Positions 10,519-19,882 of a stretch of 57,627 bases of DNA are shown here, one piece after another (position 1 is the stretch's first letter; each line of letters starts with the position of its first letter). The stretch comes from a virus (taxonomy: Duplodnaviria; Caudoviricetes), in the IMG/VR virus record IMGVR_UViG_3300037847_000264, positions 1-57,627 of that record; one strand, given 5' to 3'. The notes under the pieces are model-generated. The model searched no databases, was not told where the DNA came from, and was given only the letters and a program-made list of their open reading frames with translations. The position numbers and the translations under genes were made by a program.

Positions 10519-13500
10519 ATGGACGAGTTTGAACAGCCAATTATTATAGGCGGAACTCAACCTGAACCCCCTATAGTTTTTGATCCAGATTTTGAAGAGC
10601 CTATTAGCATAGGTGAATCTATTTTTAATACAGACCCTATTGTATCTCAAGGTGTAGACAACTCTTCTTATACAGATCTTAACAATATATTTAGTCAGTA
10701 CAATCGTAAGCTAACTAAAGAAGACATCTTAAAAGATGATCGTCTTATGGATGTTATTCGTACTAACTTAGAAGCTAGGTTTACCCCAGGTGGCGCACTA
10801 ACTAAAGCCAGACGTGGACTTACAGGCTTAAGCGGTGGTGCTATTGGAGGTTTATCTTCTCAAGACTATCGTGACATGAGTGATGAAGATGTCTTCGAGG
10901 TCTGGCAAAACTATCAACGATCTTTTTCTGGTGGTCAGACTGTAACCACAGCTAATGAAATAGCTTATGGTATGGGTGCTGATGACACTATTAAAGCCCA
11001 ATTAGGCGCTGGATATTTATTGTTCGATCAGATGGACAATGCATTTACTGGTGAAGGTTCTTGGGCTGAGATGGGTGACGCAATCTGGGACTACGGTAAG
11101 TCTGCAGTATACGACCCATCAACTATTCTTTCCCTTGGTCTTGGTAAAATTATTGGTTGGGGTGGAACTAAAGCAGGTTCCGCAGCGGCTAGGTCTATGA
11201 TGACCAAGGCTTATCAAAACCAAATTAAAAAGGGTGTTACTAAGAAAACAGCTTTATCTAATATAGGTACAGCTGCAGCTAAGTCTTTACCTTATGCTAC
11301 AGCAGATGCTATTATAGGAGCTGGAGTTGATGTAGCTTATCAGATGCAGCTTATAGACGTAGGCGCTCAAGAAGAATACAGCAAGTTACAAACTTCCTTT
11401 GCTGCTTTAGGCTCTCTTGTCGTAATACCTACACTAGTTAGTCTAGGAGCTACAGCTAAAGAACTTCGTAAGAGTCCTTATGCCCCACAGTTTTTAGCTT
11501 ATAAAGAGTTTGATAAAACAGCTCTTAAACTTAGTGCAGATGAAGCTGAAAAACAGCTAAACAAAAGAGTCATTAAGGGTATGGTGCTTGACTCTGTTGA
11601 TGAAAACTTTGGACTAGTTCGTGGCGACACCAAAAACTTTTTAGAGTGGGCTGAGTTTAGACGTAAAGCAAAAGATCGTGTAACTGTACGTGGTGAAAGA
11701 TATACTGATGACGAAATAACCAACGCATTTTTTCAACAATTTTTCTTAGGTAGTGTAGATGGATCTACTAAAGGTTACTATCAAGTACTAAAAGAAGCTG
11801 GGTTTGTTTTACATCCAGCTATGAAAGAAAAATATGGTACAGCAGGTGCATTTGCACAGACCATAAAGTTTCTAACCCCAGCTAAAGTAAAGTCTGTTGT
11901 TAAAAAGTTTGAAGATGACACAGGTTATAAGCTAAGGTTTATGGATGCTGAAGGTAACATTGTTACTGGAGATAAAGTAACTCCTGTAAGTTTAGCTGCA
12001 CACTTTGGTCGTCAAGCAAGCGTTGCAGGTGAAAGTCTTTGGTTATCATCACATCTTAGTAGACTTGAAAAGTCTGGTGTAAATGTTAAACAAGCGGTAG
12101 AAATAGCTGGAGGTAAGACTAAACCTACAGAAGATCCAAAACGTTTACAATATTTACTGTCAGTATACAAAAGACTTATAACATCTCACTTATCTACAAC
12201 TGGTGCAAACGTAAAAGGTTTTACACAGCTTGTATCTTTAAACAGCGTTGCTGATATTTTTACAGCTTCTGTAAACTTAGGTCAATCAGGTGTTGCAAAA
12301 ATGATGGGTGACACAGCAGCTGCAGAAGTGTTTTACAATAGAGCATATGGCTCTTTGTTTGGCGCACTTCGTCGTGGTGCTGATGTATTTTCTCCAGATA
12401 TACCAATAGAATACGCAGATAAAATACTAGCACTTAACCCTGAAGAAGCGGCTAAGTTGTTTAGAGATGTTGCTGGAGATGGTGGTGTTAGAGATGCACT
12501 AACAGATTTTAATCTTGACCCCAATAATATACTTTATAAAGGTGTAGATGTAACAACTAAAGGCGCTCAAACAGTGAGTATGGTTAGACTACAAGATGAT
12601 TTAACTAAGCGTTGGGCATTTGGTACAAATGTAAACCAAGCTATTATGAGAGCTTATGGTCAAACACCAGAAGAATTTTTTAAACGATCTGATGCTGCAC
12701 TTGAAATGGCTTCTGACAAATTTCAAAAAGAAGTACTTGATAAGGCTGTGTTTAGAACACTACGAGAAACTGCATCTGTAAACTGGTCTAGTTTGCCAGG
12801 AAAAGAAAGTTTAATATCTGCTAGAACATGGGCAAAAGGTTTTGAATTTTTTACAAACAGAACACCAGTAGGTTTTGTCGTACCTTTCGGTAGTTTTTTA
12901 AATACTACTGCAGCTACAATGGGTGATTTAACTGGTATAAATGCCCTTAGATTTGGCATTAAAAGAATGACTGGTAAAGAGTTAGATTTTGCAACTCGTG
13001 AAGGTGCTGAGTCTCTCGGTAGAATGGCAGCAGGTTGGTCTATAATAACTCTAGGTGTTTATGCCAGAGGTGGTGGTAAAGATAGGATAGAAAACAATCT
13101 TGCTTATAACCAAGACTTGCAAGATGATGGATCTATACAAGACAGACGTTATGATTGGCCACTATCTACTATGAGATTGTTATCTCAAATAGCTGCTCAT
13201 GGTATGGGCGATAGTAATAATATTACTGATATTAAATTTGATAACATACCATCAGATCTTTTAAAAGAATTAGGAACACAAATAGGTGGTCAATCTGTAA
13301 GAGACTTAGATGAAGTTGGTCAGACAATGATCTATGCAAGTGAGCAACTTATAGAAGGTAATGCACAACCATTAATTGAAATGATGCAAGGCGCTGGTAG
13401 TCGTATAGTGAATGGTATGACAAGACCACTTGATCCAGTTAATCAGGTTGTAGGTATGGTAACTGATTCTAATATGAATCCAGATCTACGACAAGGTGCT

Positions 13501-14094
13501 GAGTTTCAAAACCAAATGCTTCGTTATGTAAATAATATTATTGGTGGTACAGAAGATGCGCCTCGAAGATCTACACCTACAAGAGGTTCTCAATATATAC
13601 CTGATATTGGTAAACAAATATTAGGTAACAGAACTTTACAAACTCCTAACCTTGTAGAAAAAATGATGAATGCTGCTGGTAAACCTTACTGGAAATCAAT
13701 TCGTTTTGACGGGCCAGCAGAGATACGAAATAAAATGGATGGATTAGCTGCCCCATTCTTTGAAGCTGCTGCTATAGAGTATCTCAAAAAGAATCCAAAT
13801 TACTTTGAGTTACCACAGCAAGACAAAGAAAAAATATTAAATCAAATGGCAGTTGAAGTTAGAGCTAATGTACTAAGTACAATGGAAGCTGGTATGCCCC
13901 GAAGCATAAACGTACTTAGACTTCTAACAAATAAAAATAAAAAACAAGTTAAAAATGTTATGGAGTTTTTAAATATAGAAGGTCCACTTGAAGATGTGTT
14001 GCAACAAGAGGACGCACTTCAAAAGTTACTAAAGATACAAGCGTTGGTAGATAACTACGATGATATATTTTATGGTGACTTAAACTTAGACTAA
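10519..14094 (+). CDS. Large internal virion/DNA ejection protein
   Basis: 1191 aa, last gene of the structural arm, as is typical for podoviruses. Confidence 0.65.
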   Translation: MDEFEQPIIIGGTQPEPPIVFDPDFEEPISIGESIFNTDPIVSQGVDNSSYTDLNNIFSQYNRKLTKEDILKDDRLMDVIRTNLEARFTPGGALTKARRGLTGLSGGAIGGLSSQDYRDMSDEDVFEVWQNYQRSFSGGQTVTTANEIAYGMGADDTIKAQLGAGYLLFDQMDNAFTGEGSWAEMGDAIWDYGKSAVYDPSTILSLGLGKIIGWGGTKAGSAAARSMMTKAYQNQIKKGVTKKTALSNIGTAAAKSLPYATADAIIGAGVDVAYQMQLIDVGAQEEYSKLQTSFAALGSLVVIPTLVSLGATAKELRKSPYAPQFLAYKEFDKTALKLSADEAEKQLNKRVIKGMVLDSVDENFGLVRGDTKNFLEWAEFRRKAKDRVTVRGERYTDDEITNAFFQQFFLGSVDGSTKGYYQVLKEAGFVLHPAMKEKYGTAGAFAQTIKFLTPAKVKSVVKKFEDDTGYKLRFMDAEGNIVTGDKVTPVSLAAHFGRQASVAGESLWLSSHLSRLEKSGVNVKQAVEIAGGKTKPTEDPKRLQYLLSVYKRLITSHLSTTGANVKGFTQLVSLNSVADIFTASVNLGQSGVAKMMGDTAAAEVFYNRAYGSLFGALRRGADVFSPDIPIEYADKILALNPEEAAKLFRDVAGDGGVRDALTDFNLDPNNILYKGVDVTTKGAQTVSMVRLQDDLTKRWAFGTNVNQAIMRAYGQTPEEFFKRSDAALEMASDKFQKEVLDKAVFRTLRETASVNWSSLPGKESLISARTWAKGFEFFTNRTPVGFVVPFGSFLNTTAATMGDLTGINALRFGIKRMTGKELDFATREGAESLGRMAAGWSIITLGVYARGGGKDRIENNLAYNQDLQDDGSIQDRRYDWPLSTMRLLSQIAAHGMGDSNNITDIKFDNIPSDLLKELGTQIGGQSVRDLDEVGQTMIYASEQLIEGNAQPLIEMMQGAGSRIVNGMTRPLDPVNQVVGMVTDSNMNPDLRQGAEFQNQMLRYVNNIIGGTEDAPRRSTPTRGSQYIPDIGKQILGNRTLQTPNLVEKMMNAAGKPYWKSIRFDGPAEIRNKMDGLAAPFFEAAAIEYLKKNPNYFELPQQDKEKILNQMAVEVRANVLSTMEAGMPRSINVLRLLTNKNKKQVKNVMEFLNIEGPLEDVLQQEDALQKLLKIQALVDNYDDIFYGDLNLD

Positions 14095-14122
14095 AAGAAA
14101 AGAGGTCTTACGACCCCTCCTC
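14095..14122 (-). terminator. Intrinsic terminator at the convergence of the two arms
   Basis: Minus strand GAGGGGUC-GUAA-GACCUCUU followed by UUCUUUU. Confidence 0.6.
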
Positions 14123-14341
14123 TAACATTTTATCTGCCCACTCATAAGCTTCTCTTCTTATATCTTCAAACCTAACATAGCCTGGTTGGTTAGCCAACAG
14201 TCCTGCAAGAGCTTGACCTGCTAGGTATATACGTGCTGTCATTGGTTTATCTGGTGGCAGCTTTTTTTGTTTGAACTGTCTAGCTTCTTCCAATAAATTG
14301 TTTGTTTTAGGTGGTCTACCTCTAGGTTTTTTTATCTCCAT
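14108..14341 (-). CDS. Hypothetical protein with AT-hook-like KPRGRPPK
   Basis: 77 aa; LAGQALAGLLAN...AYEWADKML motif common in phage small proteins. Confidence 0.65.
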   Translation of the reverse strand: MEIKKPRGRPPKTNNLLEEARQFKQKKLPPDKPMTARIYLAGQALAGLLANQPGYVRFEDIRREAYEWADKMLEEGS

Positions 14342-14342
14342 A

Positions 14343-14678
14343 TTATTTCCTTGACTGCTGCTGTATTAAAGCCTCAAGATACCATCGGGCTTTCTTTAAA
14401 TCTTCTATACCATTTTTATATCTCCAACGGTGTAGATATTTAGCAATGTTTCCTCGTAGATAGCCAGTGTATTCATCGTTACTTAAAAAGTCTTTTATAT
14501 ATTCTATGCACTCTATCCTACCCTGACCATAATGAGGAGGGTTATTTACAGAGTCTTCTATATCTTCTATGTCATCAAACAGATCTTCAATTTCAAACTC
14601 TGCTTCCTTATCTAGTTTATTTTTATTTAGTTCAGGAAACAACATTCCTTGATCTTTAAGGTATTCATCTACAATCAT
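14343..14678 (-). CDS. DUF3310-like (T7 gp1.7 nucleotide kinase-like) protein
   Basis: DSVNNPPHY..GRIECIEYI...GYLRGNIAKYLHRW.YKNGIEDLKKARWYL. Confidence 0.8.
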   Translation of the reverse strand: MIVDEYLKDQGMLFPELNKNKLDKEAEFEIEDLFDDIEDIEDSVNNPPHYGQGRIECIEYIKDFLSNDEYTGYLRGNIAKYLHRWRYKNGIEDLKKARWYLEALIQQQSRK

Positions 14679-15154
14679 TGCACCTCCACTACATGCTCAG
14701 TATGCTCTAACAAAAAGTCTACAGGTATCATTGCTGCTAGATCGTGTCGTCCTGGCCTAGTGTTTAAACCCCACAAACCTCTATAATGCTCTGTACATTT
14801 TTCCTGTAGTAAGTTGTTTACTTTATTTGGATCAACAAGAATAAATTTATCTTCTAATCTAAAAGCAATAAACCTTTTTTCTTTATTGGGTGTACCCCAC
14901 CCAGGTTTACCTGTAACATTTTTAAACTCCCACCAATGTATTGAGTAATCAACTGGGCCACCACGATACTTACGCTTACCTGCTTTGATGTCTACCTTTC
15001 CAAACTCTTTATCTAAAACATCCCAATGTTCATTCATATCCTCAGTGCGAGTAGCTCTGCGTATAAAATTATCTTGTCGTAAATTGGCAAACTCTTGTTC
15101 AGCCATTGTGCCTTCTTGAAAAGAATTATTATATTTTGTTCTAGCTGTTTGCAT
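14675..15154 (-). CDS. Putative PD-(D/E)XK-fold endonuclease
   Basis: E..F...D..EHWD...VDIK...WWEFKNVTGKPGW. Confidence 0.5.
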   Translation of the reverse strand: MQTARTKYNNSFQEGTMAEQEFANLRQDNFIRRATRTEDMNEHWDVLDKEFGKVDIKAGKRKYRGGPVDYSIHWWEFKNVTGKPGWGTPNKEKRFIAFRLEDKFILVDPNKVNNLLQEKCTEHYRGLWGLNTRPGRHDLAAMIPVDFLLEHTEHVVEVQ

Positions 15155-15377
15155 CTGAAAGATACTCCTTTAATTCTAACAGTCCACCAAGATGTGTTCC
15201 GTCTGGTTTAAATATTTGGGGTACTGTATTTATAGTAGACTTTTTTAATAAAGACAATACCCATTTACTACTTTGTGATTCAATATTATATTCAGTGCAG
15301 GATGCATCGACACTTTTTAGTAGTGCCTTTGCATCGTCACAAAAACTGCAGTGATCTCTTGTTATCATTACCCACAT
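15141..15377 (-). CDS. grx: Glutaredoxin
   Basis: CSFC active site, TVPQIF, GG; adjacent to RNR. Confidence 0.85.
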   Translation of the reverse strand: MWVMITRDHCSFCDDAKALLKSVDASCTEYNIESQSSKWVLSLLKKSTINTVPQIFKPDGTHLGGLLELKEYLSDANS

Positions 15378-17272
15378 TATGTTATGTCCACTATTTCACA
15401 GGCATCACCACTACATGCCATTGTTTGCATTGCTACTGTGTTATCTTCCTGTTCATAGTCTGATAGTTTAGACCAATCAATCTTATCTGGCATACATGAC
15501 AGTAACATTTCATAGTCATGCTTACCGCAGTCTTGATATGGTGCTTGTTGATAGGTGTGATCAGAGTGTGGTAGAAATGACACACCTGACATTTCATCAA
15601 AGTGATCATAAACAAATGCACCTACAGCCATCCACTCATTATCACGCACTGTAATAGTTACAGATGGTTTATGCTCACACCAATGTCTTTGATAGGTAAG
15701 CCATAACTCTAGCTGCTCAATAGCAGTCATGTCGTCACGAGTTACAGCTTTATTAGGAGACTTTTGTGGAAAGCTAAACACTGTAGTAGTATCGCCTTTG
15801 AAAACACAAGGCTCATTAGGTATGCCTTGGTCTTTCATAAATTGTGTTAGAGGATCTTTGTTATCACCTCTTACTGTTCTTATGTAATACTTGCTGTGTC
15901 TTGCGTGTATTCCAGAGGCACTATCGACAAGCTGGCTAACCGTTCCGCTAGGCTTGACGCAGGTGATAGATGTACTCTGTGGTATGCCAAGGCGATCAGC
16001 ATACTCAATATTAGTGCTAACAGCAACTTCTCGTAAATGTTCAAGAGTCTTATCCAATCCTTTGTTTTTAGATGTTAGTAATGGGTTATCCATTATTCCA
16101 GTGAGCGACACACCCAACAGTCGTTCTTCTTCTGTATTTCGTTGCCACACTTTTCGCAGGTAAGGGAACTTAGTGTAGGAAGATTGAATCGTTCCAAGAA
16201 TAGTTGCCAACCTAACTTTACGTTCAAGATCATTGATACTATCTGTAGACCTAACCACGACCTCAGTGAGGTTACAAAATTGATAAGGCCGTAAGATAAT
16301 TTCGGAACATGGGTTAGTACCAAACTCATGGTTTGGATCACGTCTACCATATTTTTGAGCTTGTTTCTTAGATGCTTCACGATTAAAAACTCCTCGCTCA
16401 CCTGATTTACTTTCAACTAATGAAAGCCACTCACGCATAAATGTTTCTGTGTCTGGTCTTTCTGTATAGGTAACAGAGTTGTTTGCTAATGCACGATGTG
16501 CAGCAGTCTCCCACCACTGTCCAGACTTTGCATGACGCATACGATCATCACTAAGATTAGACAGTGAGATCATTGCACTACGTCTTACTCCACCAACTAC
16601 GACTATCTGACCAATAAAACACATAAGGTCATGACACTCTATAGAAGATAGCCTACGTCCTTGTGCATCTTTAAATGTTTTAACAGCAAAGTTAAACAAC
16701 TCTACAAGAGGCGCTGGTCCAGATGCCCTACCGCCAAATGTTTTTAACCTAGATCCTGCAGGACGCACACGAGAAACATCCCACTTAGGAATCTCACCTG
16801 CCCACAACAAGGCTAATAGTTGACGAAATGCTTTAGCCCAACCTTCTTTACTGTCTTTAACAACAATCATTGTGTCGCTATCGTATAAGTCAGGAACTTC
16901 TGGTAGCTTTTGTACGAACTGTCGCTCAACACTAAAGCCTACACCTGTACCACACAGAAGAATAAACATAGCCTCATCAAAAGATTTAGGATCATCTACT
17001 GGTAAGTAACTACAATTATATCCTGCAGTATTGTCACGATCTAGTGCAGCTCCTGCTGTCATCATGGCTCTCATACTTGGCATAACTTCTAGACTAAGTA
17101 TAGCTTGTTCTATTTCGTTTGTAGTTTGTTCGTCAACAATAGTATGTACAACATTAGATACATAACGACTAACTGTTTCAGGCCAAGACTCTCGACCCTT
17201 GTCGTCAAAGTATTTTGCATAACGTGACTTGTGTATAAAGGACTGATAGTCAGTAGGTAAATAATTATTCAT
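15377..17272 (-). CDS. nrdJ: Class II (B12-dependent) ribonucleotide reductase
   Basis: MPSMR, YNCSY, GTGVGFSVE, VVVGGVRRSA, TNPCSEI, TCVKPSGTVS, C-terminal ACSGDAC; no beta-subunit gene. Confidence 0.9.
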   Translation of the reverse strand: MNNYLPTDYQSFIHKSRYAKYFDDKGRESWPETVSRYVSNVVHTIVDEQTTNEIEQAILSLEVMPSMRAMMTAGAALDRDNTAGYNCSYLPVDDPKSFDEAMFILLCGTGVGFSVERQFVQKLPEVPDLYDSDTMIVVKDSKEGWAKAFRQLLALLWAGEIPKWDVSRVRPAGSRLKTFGGRASGPAPLVELFNFAVKTFKDAQGRRLSSIECHDLMCFIGQIVVVGGVRRSAMISLSNLSDDRMRHAKSGQWWETAAHRALANNSVTYTERPDTETFMREWLSLVESKSGERGVFNREASKKQAQKYGRRDPNHEFGTNPCSEIILRPYQFCNLTEVVVRSTDSINDLERKVRLATILGTIQSSYTKFPYLRKVWQRNTEEERLLGVSLTGIMDNPLLTSKNKGLDKTLEHLREVAVSTNIEYADRLGIPQSTSITCVKPSGTVSQLVDSASGIHARHSKYYIRTVRGDNKDPLTQFMKDQGIPNEPCVFKGDTTTVFSFPQKSPNKAVTRDDMTAIEQLELWLTYQRHWCEHKPSVTITVRDNEWMAVGAFVYDHFDEMSGVSFLPHSDHTYQQAPYQDCGKHDYEMLLSCMPDKIDWSKLSDYEQEDNTVAMQTMACSGDACEIVDIT

Positions 17273-17355
17273 CTATCGTATCTCCTTGTTACAACCCATA
17301 TAGCACCTGCAATTATTGATGCAAGTATAAACATTGCTGTTAATATTTCACTCAT
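17269..17355 (-). CDS. 28-aa single-TM peptide (not in ORF track)
   Basis: MSEILTAMFILASIIAGAIWVVTRRYDR; ATGA overlaps with both neighbours. Confidence 0.6.
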   Translation of the reverse strand: MSEILTAMFILASIIAGAIWVVTRRYDR

Positions 17356-17711
17356 CTCTTGTCTCCTGATCCTGATAGCACACCACGTTCTTGTCTATCT
17401 TTTAATTTTTTAATGTTGTTATCTGCGACATCTTGCATGTTTACATTTAAGTCACGACATAAAGCAGCTATGTACCAAAGGCAGTCACCTACTTCATCTG
17501 CAATAGCTTCTCTATCAAACTTACCGTCACGCATTATCTTCTTTACTTTGTTTGCAACCTCTCCTGCTTCAGCAGCAAGTCCTAATGCAGGGTATATTAC
17601 TGCATGTTCTTGCTTGTATATAGCTGTACTTGCAGCAGCTCTTTGATAGTCGTTCATTTGATTAGAATCAAACAACTCAAAAGAGTCTATGTCAGTCCAC
17701 TTACTTATCAT
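17352..17711 (-). CDS. mazG: MazG-like nucleotide pyrophosphohydrolase
   Basis: LGLAAEAGEVANKVKK...DEVGDCLWYIA...N..KL..R..RG. Confidence 0.85.
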   Translation of the reverse strand: MISKWTDIDSFELFDSNQMNDYQRAAASTAIYKQEHAVIYPALGLAAEAGEVANKVKKIMRDGKFDREAIADEVGDCLWYIAALCRDLNVNMQDVADNNIKKLKDRQERGVLSGSGDKR

Positions 17712-17862
17712 CTTTTACCTCGCATTCAAGTATTGTTGTATCATCAATGTCGTACATCAAGTTGTAAATTAAATCTGCTAACACTTCTTTATTGTCACCA
17801 AAGGTTTCTAAAAAGTTTGCATCTGGATCTACTCTAAGTCTAATGTTAATTTCAAACTCCAT
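17701..17862 (-). CDS. Hypothetical acidic protein (53 aa, not in ORF track)
   Basis: MEFEINIRLRVDPDANFLE...ECEVKDDK; directly downstream of promoter. Confidence 0.6.
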   Translation of the reverse strand: MEFEINIRLRVDPDANFLETFGDNKEVLADLIYNLMYDIDDTTILECEVKDDK

Positions 17863-17871
17863 GACGAACCC

Positions 17872-18108
17872 CTAGTTATATCCAGCCATAGCCGACATGT
17901 CAATAATTAACGGCTCTATTGTTCTCATAAAATGTTTCTGCCATTCGTAGGCATCATTAAAATCTTCGAACCAAAAATTATCATCTGCTATAATACCATC
18001 TACTTCTGCCCTACAAACCATGTACCAGTTTGCTTCTTCTGGTCCTTCTTCTGGACATTCTTCAGCAGCAATCGGCCCTTCAATTACATCCCATATTTTA
18101 ACTATCAT
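17872..18108 (-). CDS. Hypothetical protein (78 aa)
   Basis: Overlaps upstream gene; acidic. Confidence 0.6.
   Translation of the reverse strand: MIVKIWDVIEGPIAAEECPEEGPEEANWYMVCRAEVDGIIADDNFWFEDFNDAYEWQKHFMRTIEPLIIDMSAMAGYN
17873..17903 (-). promoter_or_regulatory. Sigma70-type promoter TTGACA-N17-TATAAC(TA)
   Basis: Consensus -35, 17-nt spacer, same TATAACTA as 3 other sites. Confidence 0.7.
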
Positions 18109-18454
18109 TATTATTACTCCAGGATTTTAATAAGTTCATGTAGTGATCAAGGCCAACCATGACTACCCAAGGTTTACGATCTGATCTATAACAAACTACA
18201 GGCTCACCTTTACCGTGAGACTCAGCCTGTTCTATGTAGTCATACACAGTCTTCAGTGCAGACTTTCTTCTTTTAACTTCTATTGTTATTGGTATCCTTC
18301 GTCTAGCTGCAGGAGACAGTTGAATATCTTCTCCACTGTCCCCCATAGTAGTGGACTTAACGTCATCAGGTTCTAACTCAGGAAATGTTTCTAGTATTTT
18401 ATCTCTGATTTCGTTTTGTCCAAGACGACCTTTTGCTTTAGCTGCCCTTGTCAT
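18098..18454 (-). CDS. Holliday junction resolvase-like (Hjc-type) nuclease
   Basis: AKAKGR..Q...GEDI...IEVKR PD-(D/E)XK pattern. Confidence 0.7.
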   Translation of the reverse strand: MTRAAKAKGRLGQNEIRDKILETFPELEPDDVKSTTMGDSGEDIQLSPAARRRIPITIEVKRRKSALKTVYDYIEQAESHGKGEPVVCYRSDRKPWVVMVGLDHYMNLLKSWSNNNDS

Positions 18455-19301
18455 CAGTAACCTCTGGAACCTTTGGTGGTTTTTCTACATGTACCAAGTA
18501 CTCAATACCATAAGAGTACTGATACATCTTTAGGTTAGGCCAACAAACTTTCTTGTACTCACAGAACTGACAGGACTTGTCTAGCTTTGTGTTAGGACTA
18601 GACTTGCTGGCAGGTACGGGTGATATACGTTCAGTAGGTATAGAACCTGCGACCAATTCTTTTGCAGCTTCCATCTCTGTTTGTTTGGTAGAAAGCTCAT
18701 TAGAAAAATCATATACGTCAAGACAAATCTCCCCATTAACTTTATCAATAGCTAGGAAAGCACCACGAGTTTTATCTGTAACTAGTGGATCATCCTTTGC
18801 TGCATAAACATAAGATGATAACTGACTAATGTAACCAAAGGGATCATTGTCACGTAGCTCTCCATCACGAAACTTTTTAAATGCAAATGGACTGCAAGAC
18901 TTTACATCAATAGTCATACCATCAATAACTGCATCTCTGTGTCCACGAATGCCGTGAACATTTACACGATCTTGCATACCATTTACAGTATGACCAGAAG
19001 CCTTAACCATAGATAGTATTAACTCTTCTATCATATCTCCATAGAAAAACTTAAGCAGCATCTTAGAATCAAGACGCTCTCCAATCTCTGGTTTGTTTAC
19101 CTTATACCAAAGCTTACGTTTACAAGGCGTACCAATAGACGACAAAGATAGATACCCACGAGGTTCTTGTGGCTTACTAAATCTCTTACTTGCAACTTCA
19201 GCAATATTTTTACCCATTGCATTTGCAATAGAGTTAGTCCAACCACCTTGTCCGTAAATAACTGACTCAATGTCCTCGACTAAAGTATCAATATTTTTCA
19301 T
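18438..19301 (-). CDS. PD-(D/E)XK exonuclease (Cas4/lambda-exo-like)
   Basis: LSSIGTPCKRKLWY, GHRD..IDG..IDVKS, Y..QL..Y, CQFCEYK..C. Confidence 0.8.
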   Translation of the reverse strand: MKNIDTLVEDIESVIYGQGGWTNSIANAMGKNIAEVASKRFSKPQEPRGYLSLSSIGTPCKRKLWYKVNKPEIGERLDSKMLLKFFYGDMIEELILSMVKASGHTVNGMQDRVNVHGIRGHRDAVIDGMTIDVKSCSPFAFKKFRDGELRDNDPFGYISQLSSYVYAAKDDPLVTDKTRGAFLAIDKVNGEICLDVYDFSNELSTKQTEMEAAKELVAGSIPTERISPVPASKSSPNTKLDKSCQFCEYKKVCWPNLKMYQYSYGIEYLVHVEKPPKVPEVTDDKGS

Positions 19302-19312
19302 GTTGTATCCTT

Positions 19313-19339
19313 AAAAGGCAGCTCCCCGAAGGGAGCCAC
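19313..19339 (-). terminator. Terminator hairpin after SSB
   Basis: Minus strand GUGGCUCCC-UUCG-GGGAGCUGC then CUUUU. Confidence 0.7.
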
Positions 19340-19355
19340 AGTTGAGAGAGGAGTA

Positions 19356-19865
19356 TCAAAACAGAACTGCTTCTGCTTCTTTATTGTCTGCCTTTGGCAG
19401 AGTATCCGCTGAAATAGTGTCAGCTTGGATTACGGAGTCCACGGGTACGTGTTCGATAACCCTAACGGAATCAAGTCGTGTACCTGGACGGTTCTTGTAA
19501 CTGGTATCGTATACTGAAAGCATAACCTCTACAGTAGATCCGTTACCAATGGGACCATCATGATCGAAGCTCCAAGTATCACCATCAGCATTTGTAACAG
19601 TAGGCGCACCGCTGTCCCAATCCCTGCCAGTGTCAAACTTACGAACGAACTTCGCCTTAAATAAACCATTGCCAACATCCTTTGGATTTTTAATTGAACG
19701 TGATGCTTTTAGTGCAGCAACATTCTTTTCATCCATGAGTAGGTCAATAGTACAAGCACCATCATGTGCTTCGTATGCTCCCTCAAAACCTTTGAGGTCA
19801 CGATTTTGAGCAAACACTTTTGCCCATTCTGCAGTACCAGTTAATTTTACTTTTCGTGTAGCCAT
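19356..19865 (-). CDS. ssb: Single-stranded DNA-binding protein (T7 gp2.5-like)
   Basis: IGNGSTV...GTRL..VRVIEHV, acidic tail ending in Phe, position after DNA polymerase. Confidence 0.7.
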   Translation of the reverse strand: MATRKVKLTGTAEWAKVFAQNRDLKGFEGAYEAHDGACTIDLLMDEKNVAALKASRSIKNPKDVGNGLFKAKFVRKFDTGRDWDSGAPTVTNADGDTWSFDHDGPIGNGSTVEVMLSVYDTSYKNRPGTRLDSVRVIEHVPVDSVIQADTISADTLPKADNKEAEAVLF

Positions 19866-19882
19866 ATGGCTCTCCTTTCAAG